Assembly: GCA_030526225.1 (NCBI GenBank)
Contig: JAUNDF010000002.1
Span: forward strand, 5,128 to 45,128
Direction: 5' to 3'
DNA length: 40,001 nt
From: Clostridia bacterium
GTDB taxonomy: Bacteria > Bacillota > Clostridia > Christensenellales > Aristaeellaceae
The notes beneath the pieces were generated by a model. It saw only the letters and a list, made by a program, of their open reading frames with translations, did not search any database and was not told the origin of the DNA. Both the position numbers and the translations under genes were made by a program. Every line of letters begins with the position of its first letter. The stretch's first letter is position 1. Below are positions 29,301 through 37,093 of this stretch, piece after piece.

Positions 29301-29500
29301 GCTTCCCCTGGGAGGCTGCCGCCATGTTCCCGCAGATGTTTGCCCGGGACGGCTACCTGTCCGTGGACGGCGAAAACCTGCTGATGGCGCTGGCGGAGGA
29401 ATGCATGACCGGCCAGCCCCTGACGGACGGGCTTTTGCGGGTGATTGCACAGCTGCGCACCATGGCCTTCCCCATGGGCGGCAGCATGGATGAAATGTGA
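26345..29500 (+). CDS. Very large uncharacterised protein B (about 1051 codons) with a C-terminal actin/Hsp70-fold (ASKHA) ATPase domain; three in-frame TAGs (27836, 27992, 28610)
   Basis: Track ORFs 26315-27838, 28028-28612 and 28631-29500, plus the 51-codon gap segment, are all in one frame (start positions all 2 mod 3). I verified codon by codon that TAG is the only interruption. ASKHA-like motifs are AAGIDFGSS (from 28208), ILLDVGSNGASVAL (about 28787) and CMAGRGGSLL (about 29030). These parallel the MreB motifs in this window. Confidence 0.7.
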
Positions 29501-29577
29501 TGCTTTGCGCATACCGGCCCCATGGGCTGGACGATTGTATCAATAACTGAATCAGGATTCCGGAGGTGAAAGCAACC

Positions 29578-29889
29578 ATGATGAAGAATCTGCAGGTATA
29601 TGCCTACTGCCGCTCCGACCCCGGTGAAGGGGAGGAGACCATCGACCGCCAGAAGGCAAAGCTGGAGGCCTACGCAAAGGATAAGGGCTGGACAATCGTC
29701 GGGTGGTACATCGACCGCAACATCGACGGCAAAACCCCCGACAGGCCGGAGATGAACCGCCTGAAGGCTGATACCGCCGATATGACCAATCCGGCGGTGA
29801 TTATGGAAAAGTTTGCCACCTGGTTTTCCCGGTCCAACCCCGATGATTTCTCCGTGCCGTTTCTGGCCTATGTGACGGAGGCAAACTGA
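29578..29889 (+). CDS. Small resolvase-catalytic-domain-like protein (degenerate, no DNA-binding domain)
   Basis: 103 aa. VYAYCRSD..TIDRQKAKLEAYAKDKGWTIVGWYIDRNIDGKTPDRPEMNRL is collinear with serine-recombinase N-termini (YxRVS..Q...L..YA...GW.IV..Y.D.G.SG...RP). The RVS and SG signature residues are altered. Confidence 0.5.
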   Translation: MMKNLQVYAYCRSDPGEGEETIDRQKAKLEAYAKDKGWTIVGWYIDRNIDGKTPDRPEMNRLKADTADMTNPAVIMEKFATWFSRSNPDDFSVPFLAYVTEAN

Positions 29890-29910
29890 CCGATTCGTAA
29901 GGAGATTAGC

Positions 29911-30909
29911 ATGAAAAGATTGTTTGCGGCGGTGCTGGCCATGGTGCTGGCGCTGTCCCTGACCTGTGCCCATGGCGATATCCTCCCCGATACCGCCCCG
30001 CTGGGCCTTTCCTTTGATGTCAACGCCGCGGAATGGGAGCCGGATTTGATGTTCCTCGACTCTGCGGCGGCAGACAAGAGCTATGTGCTGCTGTATGCCA
30101 TGTACATCAACAGCGCCGTGATGGACCCGCTGGCGGATGCCTATTAGCAGGCCTATGAAGCCGGTGACGAGGCCGGGGCAGAAGCGGCCCTGACGGCGTA
30201 CCGGCAGGCACAGACGGCCAATTCCGCTGTGTGCGGCATGCTGGTGGGCTTTGAAAAATCACAGGCGGATGCGCTGAAGGCAGAAATCTTCGGGGATGCC
30301 CAGCTGACAAAGGTGGGCGAAAGCAGCACCCATGTGTACTACAAAATCGTGGCCGAGGAGCCTGACGAAGCCCTTTCCCCGGAGAATCAGGCAGAGATGG
30401 TCAAGGCCATCGCCCTGACAAAGCAGGTCTTCGATGCGGCACAGGTGGTTGAAATCACCGAGGAAAGCTATACCGGCACATCCATCGGCGCCTTCTCCAC
30501 CCGGGATCTGCAGGGCAGTGAGGTGACGGATGACATCTTCGCACAGGCGGATTTGACCGTGCTCAACGTGTGGGCCACCACCTGCCCGCCCTGCATCCGC
30601 GAGATGCCCGAGCTGGAGGCATGGTCCCATGATCTGCCCGAAAATGTACAGGTCATCGGCCTTGTGATTGACGTAAGCGACACCTCCGGCAAGGTGTATG
30701 ACACCGCCATGACCATCATCGGCAAAACCGGCGTCACCTACCGCAACCTGATGATGGACCGCTCCCTGACGGGCTTTGTCAGCGGCATCATCGGCACCCC
30801 CACCACCTTCTTTGTGGATAAGGACGGCCGTCAGGTGTGCGAGCCTGTGGTGGGTGCGTATATGGACATGTACAGGCAGAACGTGACTGACTGGCTTTCC
30901 GGCCGGTAA
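29911..30909 (+). CDS. TlpA/ResA-like thioredoxin-fold lipoprotein, with one in-frame TAG at 30145-30147
   Basis: Signal peptide MKRLFAAVLAMVLALSLTC and active site WATTCPPC. ORFs 29911-30147 and 30229-30909 share a frame (318 nt apart). The junction reads ...DPLADAY-TAG-QAYEAGDEAG. Confidence 0.75.
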
Positions 30910-30918
30910 GGAAAAACG

Positions 30919-31080
30919 ATGAACAAGCATGCGATAAAAAACCTTGTGTGGATAGCGCTGCTTATCCTTGCCGCGGGGATGATATGCTTCGGCTGTCTGG
31001 AAACCTTTGCCCGTGAGGAATGGCGGCTGGTGCTGGACAAGGCAATCAACATCTGCTTTGAGTGCATCGGATTGGGGTGA
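30919..31080 (+). CDS. Small membrane CXXC peptide (53 aa; CD1871A-like)
   Basis: This ORF is below the track length cutoff: MNKHAIKNLVWIALLILAAGMICFGCLETFAREEWRLVLDKAINICFECIGLG. It has one TM helix plus CFGC and CFEC, and sits tightly between the TlpA-like and 4Fe-4S genes. The family name is from memory. Confidence 0.55.
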   Translation: MNKHAIKNLVWIALLILAAGMICFGCLETFAREEWRLVLDKAINICFECIGLG

Positions 31081-31086
31081 CGGCGG

Positions 31087-31992
31087 ATGAAAAAATGGCG
31101 GTCCCTGCTTTCACGCCTGAAGGAGCGCCCCCTGCGGCAGGCCATCCGCCGCAAGGCACTGCAAATGGCGGCCTTCGGCTTTACCAATGCGGATTTGGGC
31201 AACTTCGCCAGGGGCGTCATCAACAAGGGACCATGGAAGAAATTCTGCGCCCCGGGCATGAACTGCTACTCCTGCCCGGCGGCAAGGTTTGCCTGCCCCA
31301 TCGGCGCATTGCAGGCGGTAGGCGGCAGCATGAACTTCCGCTTCAGCTTTTACGTGGTGGGCTTTCTGTTGGCCGTGGGTGTGCTCATTGGCCGGCTGGT
31401 GTGCGGCTTTCTGTGCCCCTTCGGGCTTTTGCAGGAGCTGCTGCACAAAATCCCCACGAAGAAATTCCACCTGTGGAAGCCCCTGCGGTATGTCAAGTAT
31501 GTGTTTTTGGCAGTGATGGTCTTTCTGCTGCCGGTCATGGCAACGGATTTTCTGGGCATGGGTGACCCGTGGTACTGCAGGCTGATTTGCCCCGTCGGTA
31601 CGCTGGAGGGCGGCATTCCTTTGCTGGCCGCCAACGAGAGCCTGCAGCGTCTTGCCGGTCCCCTGTTCTGGTGGAAGATATTCCTGCTGGCCGTGACGGT
31701 TGTGTTCAGTGTGCTGATTTGCCGCTTCTTCTGCAAGGTAGGCTGCCCTCTGGGCGCCTTCTACGGCCTGCTCAACCGCTTCAGTGCCTATCACCTTGAG
31801 GTGGATGATGACAAGTGCATCCGCTGCGGCCGGTGTGAGCGGGAATGCCCCATGGAAATCGACCCCACGAAAACCCCCAACAGCCCCGAGTGCATCCGCT
31901 GCGGTCACTGCCGCGCCATATGCCCCGCGGAGGCGATTTGCTTCCGGTTTGGGTATGGGGGGAAGGGAAATAAAATAAAAAAGGAACCGTGA
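31087..31992 (+). CDS. Polytopic membrane 4Fe-4S binding protein (NapH/MauN-like)
   Basis: 301 aa with repeated CP(F/V/L)G motifs in the TM region and two CIRCGxCxxxCP ferredoxin motifs. Confidence 0.8.
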   Translation: MKKWRSLLSRLKERPLRQAIRRKALQMAAFGFTNADLGNFARGVINKGPWKKFCAPGMNCYSCPAARFACPIGALQAVGGSMNFRFSFYVVGFLLAVGVLIGRLVCGFLCPFGLLQELLHKIPTKKFHLWKPLRYVKYVFLAVMVFLLPVMATDFLGMGDPWYCRLICPVGTLEGGIPLLAANESLQRLAGPLFWWKIFLLAVTVVFSVLICRFFCKVGCPLGAFYGLLNRFSAYHLEVDDDKCIRCGRCERECPMEIDPTKTPNSPECIRCGHCRAICPAEAICFRFGYGGKGNKIKKEP

Positions 31993-32005
31993 ACACTTCT
32001 CACAG

Positions 32006-32076
32006 TTCCTGAAAGGACCTCATCCGTCACGCCGCAAGCGGCGCGCCGCCTTTCCCAACGGGGGAAGGCTTTTTTA
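32006..32076 (+). terminator. Solo repeat arm whose terminal hairpin plus T-run acts as a rho-independent terminator
   Basis: The stem gcctttccc-aacg-ggggaaggc (32048-32069) is followed by TTTTTT. The preceding 40 nt match 17931-17975 with one substitution. Confidence 0.7.
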
Positions 32077-32084
32077 TTTACCCA

Positions 32085-32468
32085 TCAGTGGCACCCATGG
32101 CTTCCGCAGGAATGCTCACCGCAGGAATGCCCGCTGCCGTGATGATTGCAGTTCACGCCGCTGTTGACCAGCTTGCCTGCCAGATAATCGGCTACTGCCT
32201 TGTCGGCATCGCCGCTCTGGCCTGCACACAGGGTGATGCCGGCCTCGCTCAGGGCAGCCTGTGCGCCGCCGCCGATGCCGCCGCAGATGAGCACATCCAC
32301 CTTGTAGCCGGACAGCAGGGCGGCCAGTGCGCCGTGCCCCTGACCATTGCTGCCCACAACCACCGCGGTGGTTACCTGATTGTTCTCAACCTCGTAGACC
32401 TTGAAGGATTCGGTGTGACCGAAATGCTGGAAAATATTGCCGTTTTCATAAGTGACTGCGATGCGCAT
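32085..32468 (-). CDS. NifB/NifX-family (dinitrogenase FeMo-cofactor-binding-like) domain protein with a His/Cys-rich tail
   Basis: I place the start at MRIAVTYENG, after GGAGGAAAAAA. It carries FGHTESFKVYEV and the C-terminal tail NCNHHGSGHSCGEHSCGSHGCH. Confidence 0.75.
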   Translation of the reverse strand: MRIAVTYENGNIFQHFGHTESFKVYEVENNQVTTAVVVGSNGQGHGALAALLSGYKVDVLICGGIGGGAQAALSEAGITLCAGQSGDADKAVADYLAGKLVNSGVNCNHHGSGHSCGEHSCGSHGCH

Positions 32469-32547
32469 GATTTTTTCCTCCTGAATATGTCTGTAGGCGG
32501 GATTTTGTCCGCAGGGACAGTATAGCATCACCGTATGGGAAATGCAA

Positions 32548-34062
32548 TCAGTCCGGCTGCACCAGCCTTGCCATCTGCTGCTCCAGCAGCTGATAGAACT
32601 GCCCGAGCTGTCTGCCGTCCACCAGCGCGTGGTGGCACAGCACGGTGACGGGCATTATCCACCGCCCGGCAGCATCCTGCGTGTATTTTCCCCAGGTGAT
32701 GCGGGGGTTGCTGTCATCCCCGGTGGGCTGGATGAGGGCGGTATAGCTCAGCCACGGCAGGCAGGAGATGAAGTACAGCCCCTCGCTGTTTTCATCCTCC
32801 GAAAGTCCCGATTGCTGTCGGCTTGCTTCCTGCGCGGCCTTTGCTTCCCTGAGATAGGTTTCCAATGGCAGATGATGGTTCAGCGTGCAGTACACATAGG
32901 TGCCGTCGGGCATGCTCTCCGTGTGGGAGGTGCCGCAGCGGCTGTATTCCACAATGCTGTCGCCGCGGATGCGCTGGCGAAATTGCGGGATGTCATCCGC
33001 CGCCAAGGCCGCCGCGTGAAGGAACATTAGGAAAAAGGAAATGCCGCGGGCCTTGCACCGGTCCTTCAGGGCGGTGACATCCACCTGAACGGTGGTGCCC
33101 ACATAGGGGTTGGCCATGGTGCGGAAGTAGTCGAAGTGGGTTTTGCGGGGATAGGCGGCCATGTCCACCGGACGGTAGAGGGGCGGACGATACACTACCT
33201 CGAATTCCTCCAGCACACAGTCGCCGTGCCGGTCAAAGGGCAGACCGGCGGCTTCGTAATCGGGGGTGAAAAAGCGGAGATGCACCTCCCGCCATTTTTC
33301 CAGACTGCGGTCATCCTCGCCCTCGCGGAAGGCGTGGGCCGGGCTGACTTCGTCAAAGGGCACCACGCTGACCTTTGTATCCCGGATGATGCAGGCGGCC
33401 TCATCGTTATCAAACAGAACCACGCTGAGGCACCCGACCTTCGGAATGGGCTCGCCCTCGGTCCGGTAGGCAATCATGGCGCTGGCGGTGGCTGTTTTGA
33501 TGCCGGCCAGCACAAGGTCAGCCAGCTCATCTGCCGCAGGTCCGCCGCCGCAGAATTTCCATGTGTCGTGGGGGGTATCGGTGCTGATGCCGGAGGCCTG
33601 ACAATAGGATAGCCACAATGCTTCGCCGGTCATGGTGCTTCGTTCCTTTCCTTGATGTAATACACGGATTCCGCATCCCTTTCGGTAGAAGCGGTTGGTG
33701 CGCCGGTTGCAGGCGGGGGTATCCAGCCGGAAGGCCGGGGCTTGCGGGAACAATGCTTCCACGGCTTCCATCAGCCGGATGCCCAGCCCCTGCCGGTGGT
33801 GTGCAGGGTCGACGAAGATGCGCCCGATGAACACGCCCTCATCCCCCTCAAAGAGGATGGCACCGCCGAGAATGGTGCCGCTGTCATCGGCAAAGGTGTA
33901 CAGGTGATGCTCCTGCCGCATCTGCTCGTGCCAGTGGGGATTGTCATAGTCCGGCGGACCGCCGGGGGAATCCATGCCTACGGATACATCCGTGTCAAAG
34001 GCGGCTTTGGAGATGGCGGTGAGAGCGGCCACTTCCTCGGGCAAAGATGGGTACAGCTTCAT
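32548..34062 (-). CDS. Three-domain fusion: GNAT acetyltransferase, ASCH domain and chloramphenicol-acetyltransferase-like domain
   Basis: A single 504-aa ORF with no stops. The GNAT core is RIFVDPAHHRQGLG..RFY. The ASCH part starts at MTGEALWLSY...LAGIKTATAS. The CAT-like part runs YPRKTHFDYF...LCHHALVDG. Confidence 0.7.
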   Translation of the reverse strand: MKLYPSLPEEVAALTAISKAAFDTDVSVGMDSPGGPPDYDNPHWHEQMRQEHHLYTFADDSGTILGGAILFEGDEGVFIGRIFVDPAHHRQGLGIRLMEAVEALFPQAPAFRLDTPACNRRTNRFYRKGCGIRVLHQGKERSTMTGEALWLSYCQASGISTDTPHDTWKFCGGGPAADELADLVLAGIKTATASAMIAYRTEGEPIPKVGCLSVVLFDNDEAACIIRDTKVSVVPFDEVSPAHAFREGEDDRSLEKWREVHLRFFTPDYEAAGLPFDRHGDCVLEEFEVVYRPPLYRPVDMAAYPRKTHFDYFRTMANPYVGTTVQVDVTALKDRCKARGISFFLMFLHAAALAADDIPQFRQRIRGDSIVEYSRCGTSHTESMPDGTYVYCTLNHHLPLETYLREAKAAQEASRQQSGLSEDENSEGLYFISCLPWLSYTALIQPTGDDSNPRITWGKYTQDAAGRWIMPVTVLCHHALVDGRQLGQFYQLLEQQMARLVQPD

Positions 34063-34197
34063 GGACGGCTCCTTTCTGTCAGGAACAGGCGTGAAATCAG
34101 TTGTGTGTCTGTGTGTTCATATTGTAGCCTCCGGGGCGGGAGCGTGTCAACAAAAAGGTGCTGTGAAAAATCACAGTGAATGGATAATGCCCCGGAA

Positions 34198-34345
34198 GAC
34201 CTCTTCCGACTTCGCTGCGCTCAGCCACCCTCCCCAGCGGGGAAGGTTGATAATTGTGCTTGCATATGGTTGCAAATATGACCTTTTTGAACCAAATAAA
34301 AAACCTTCCCCGCTGGGGAAGGTGCCCCGAAGGGGCGGAAGAGGT
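34198..34345. repeat. MITE-like element: about 45-bp hairpin-bearing terminal inverted repeats around an AT-rich core
   Basis: The left arm is gacctcttccgacttcgctgcgctcagccaccctccccagcggggaaggt. The reverse complement of the right arm is gacctcttccgccccttcggggcaccttccccagcggggaaggt. The core is tgataattgtgcttgcatatggttgcaaatatgacctttttgaaccaaataaaaa. Confidence 0.75.
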
Positions 34346-34365
34346 CCCATGAACGCGTATAAACC

Positions 34366-35022
34366 TTACATCATCTTCTGTTCGTTGAACATCAGCTGGA
34401 AGTGCAGCCCCAGGGACTCGGCGGCCTTCTGGCACAGCTGCATGCGCTCCATAAAAATCTGGAAATAATCCATGGCGGAGCTGTAGTGGGTGTCCACGGT
34501 CAGCTTCAGCTTGATGAGCGTGTGGGCCTCGTTGATTTTCAGCTCCGTTTTGGTGACAGAGTAATTAACCCGGTCGTGGATGTCGAAGGTGCTCTTGTCA
34601 TCGTTGCGCACACGGCTGCGGCGCACATCGCTCTTATCGGCCAGAATCAGCGCGGCGGCCATGGGGCTGACGGGCATGCCGTTGCCCTCGTCATGGTTGC
34701 CGATGGCGGCAGCGATATCGGCGATGTCCTCCATGGGCATGCCCATTTTGTCCAGCAGGCGGAAGGCCATCAGCGCGCCGCTCTGGCTGTGATCCACCCG
34801 GTTGATGAGGTTGCCGATGTCATGGAGCCATGCGGCAATGCGGGCCTTTTCCACCAGCTCCGCCGGATAGCCCAGGGTGGTGAGGATGTAGCCGCAGCGG
34901 TCGGCCACGGAGCCCACATGGGCAAAGGAATGCTCGGTGTAGCCAAGGGTGCCCAGGGTTGCGTCCGCCTTTTCAATCAGCATGCGGACGGTTTCGTTGT
35001 GTTTGATTTCTTCAAAGGTCAT
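34366..35022 (-). CDS. HD-domain phosphohydrolase
   Basis: 218 aa with HSFAHV and WLHDIGN. Confidence 0.8.
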   Translation of the reverse strand: MTFEEIKHNETVRMLIEKADATLGTLGYTEHSFAHVGSVADRCGYILTTLGYPAELVEKARIAAWLHDIGNLINRVDHSQSGALMAFRLLDKMGMPMEDIADIAAAIGNHDEGNGMPVSPMAAALILADKSDVRRSRVRNDDKSTFDIHDRVNYSVTKTELKINEAHTLIKLKLTVDTHYSSAMDYFQIFMERMQLCQKAAESLGLHFQLMFNEQKMM

Positions 35023-35047
35023 AATCTATCTCCTGTGGATGTGTTGT

Positions 35048-36394
35048 TCAGAACCGGACGGTAATGGCGGTGCCCTTGCCCTCTTCGCTCTCCAGCTTGA
35101 TGTCGGCGCTGTGGATTTCGGCAATGTGCTTGACGATGCTCAGGCCCAGACCGGTGCCGCCGGTTTCCCGGGAGCGGCTCTTGTCCACCCGGTAGAAGCG
35201 CTCGAACACGCGGCTTTGCTGCTCCTTCGGGATGCCGATGCCGCTGTCGGATACGGTGAGGATGGCGTGGCTGTTCTCCGAGGAGACCTTCACCCGCACC
35301 CAGCCGCCGTCACGGTTGTAGCGGATGGCGTTCTGCAGCAGGTTCTCCAGAAGCTCCTTCAGCTGTTCGCGGTCGCCGGTGAGCATGGTATCCGTGCCGA
35401 TGCAGCTGATGGTGATGTTCCTTTGAGCGGCGGTGATACGCAGGGTGCGCACACAGTCCAGCGCCAGCTTGTACAGGTTCAGGTGCTCGAATTTGTGGGG
35501 CAGCTACTGATGGTCCAGCTCGCTGAGGCGGATGATGTCGTTGATCAGGCTCAGCAGACGGTCGGCATTTTGGTGAATCTGCCCGGCGATTCTGCCGGAC
35601 TGGTCCGGGGGCACCATGCCCGCTTCAATCAGCTCTGCATAGCCGGAAATGGCGGTGAGGGGCGTTTTCAGCTCGTGGGAGATGTTGGCGGTAAAATCCT
35701 GCCGGCTTTTGACGGAGGACAGCAGCTTGTCGTGCTGGCTGCGGATTTTATCCGCAAAGGGCTCCAGCTCCCGGTATTCCATGGGGTCGATGTGGTCCAG
35801 ATGCTCGGCCATCTTGTTGATGGGGCGGATGAGCTGCACCGTCAGCAGATGACCGATGACGATGCACAGCCCCATGATGACGGCCAGAATCACCACCATC
35901 ACCGGCAGGGCGGAAAGCATCACGCTGATGATGGACCGTGCCTCGGTGGATACGCGCAGAACCGTGCTGTCCGGCAGGAGCAGCGCGTAATAGAAGGTGG
36001 ACATGTTCTGCGTGGAGGAGGTGCGGGTGCTTTCACCAGTGCCCTGCGCCAGGGCAGCGGTGATTTCCGGGCGGTCCAGGTGGTTGCCCAGGGCATCGGC
36101 GTTGGTATCGTTGTCATACAGCACACGGCCGTCATGATCCACCCAGGTGATGCGCAGACCGTCCACATGCATGGCAGCCATGGGGGACAGGTCGATGGCG
36201 TCCGGGTTGCCGCCGGCCTTTTCGTAGGCGGTCTGGAAAATCCCCGTGCCGGAAAGCATCCGGGCGTTGGTGGCAAGGTCCATGCGGACCCGGCCCACGA
36301 AAATGTTGTAGTACACAAAGGTCAGGGCGGCGGTGGTGGCCAAAATGGCAATCAGCGCAATCAGCCCCAGCCGCAGGTTGATTTTCTGCTTCAT
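35048..36394 (-). CDS. PhoR-like sensor histidine kinase, with one in-frame TAG at 35504-35506
   Basis: It has two TM segments, the H-box SHELKTPLTAI, the N box LLQNAIRYN, and G boxes DSGIGIP and GGTGLGLSI. ORFs 35504-36394 and 35048-35452 share a frame (942 nt apart). The junction reads ...LSELDHQ-TAG-LPHKFEHLNLYKLALD. Confidence 0.8.
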
Positions 36395-36398
36395 CGGG

Positions 36399-37082
36399 TC
36401 ACTGCCCCTTTTCCTCCGAAATCACGTAGCCCACGTTGCGCACGGTGCCGATGAGGCTGCCGCACTCGCCCAGCTTCTGGCGCAGTGTCTTGATGTGCAT
36501 ATCCACCGTGCGGGATTCGCCCTCGTAATCCGTGCCCCATACAAACAGCATGATGGTATCGCGGCTGAGGACGATGCCCTCGTTGAGCATCAGGTAGCGC
36601 AGCAGCTCGTATTCCTTGTAGGTCAGTTCAATCTGTCTGCCGGCGGCGGTGACGATGTGGCGGTCGTGGTCCAGGGTGATGCCGCCCACCTGCAGCAGCT
36701 TCGGTGCCTCCTCCTGGGAGCGGCGCAGCAGGGCGCGCACCCGGCTGAGCAGCTCCATCACCGAGAAGGGCTTTTTGATGTAGTCATCCGCGCCGTCATC
36801 CAGCCCCTTGACCAGGTCCATTTCCGTGGTTTTGGCGGTGACCATAATCACGGGAATCCGGGCGGTTTTGCTGCTCTTGCGCAGCTTGCGCACAATGTCA
36901 TAGCCGCTTTCATCCGGCAGCATAATGTCCAGCAGAATCAGGTCGGGGAGGATTTCGTTCATCCGGGCATAAAAATCCGCGGCACGGTCAAAGCCCTGCA
37001 CCATGTAGTTGCTGTTCTTCAGGGCAATCATCTCGATTTCGCGGATGGATACGTCATCCTCCACCACATAAATCAGCGGCAT
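36399..37082 (-). CDS. OmpR/PhoB-family response regulator
   Basis: 227 aa with a receiver domain (DDxxxRE..LLDIMLPDESG) and a winged-helix output (TVDMHIKTLRQKL..VGY). Confidence 0.9.
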   Translation of the reverse strand: MPLIYVVEDDVSIREIEMIALKNSNYMVQGFDRAADFYARMNEILPDLILLDIMLPDESGYDIVRKLRKSSKTARIPVIMVTAKTTEMDLVKGLDDGADDYIKKPFSVMELLSRVRALLRRSQEEAPKLLQVGGITLDHDRHIVTAAGRQIELTYKEYELLRYLMLNEGIVLSRDTIMLFVWGTDYEGESRTVDMHIKTLRQKLGECGSLIGTVRNVGYVISEEKGQ

Positions 37083-37093
37083 ATTTTGTCACC

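Noticed and set aside
27062-29512. 816-aa minus-strand ORF opposite protein B
   Set aside because: It has H/G/A/Q/R-rich, shadow-ORF composition. The plus strand carries the ASKHA motifs, normal composition, and coupling to neighbouring plus-strand genes.
24300-29900. The A/B/resolvase-like region as a prophage or integrative element
   Set aside because: There is no integrase with a DNA-binding domain, no phage structural or replication genes, and I saw no flanking direct repeats or tRNA. Only a degenerate 103-aa resolvase-like domain is present. It remains a hypothesis in the findings, not a feature call.
1-34345. The hairpin repeats as a CRISPR array
   Set aside because: Copies are dispersed singly or in inverted pairs in different intergenic regions. 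They are not regularly spaced direct repeats with unique spacers, and no cas genes are present.
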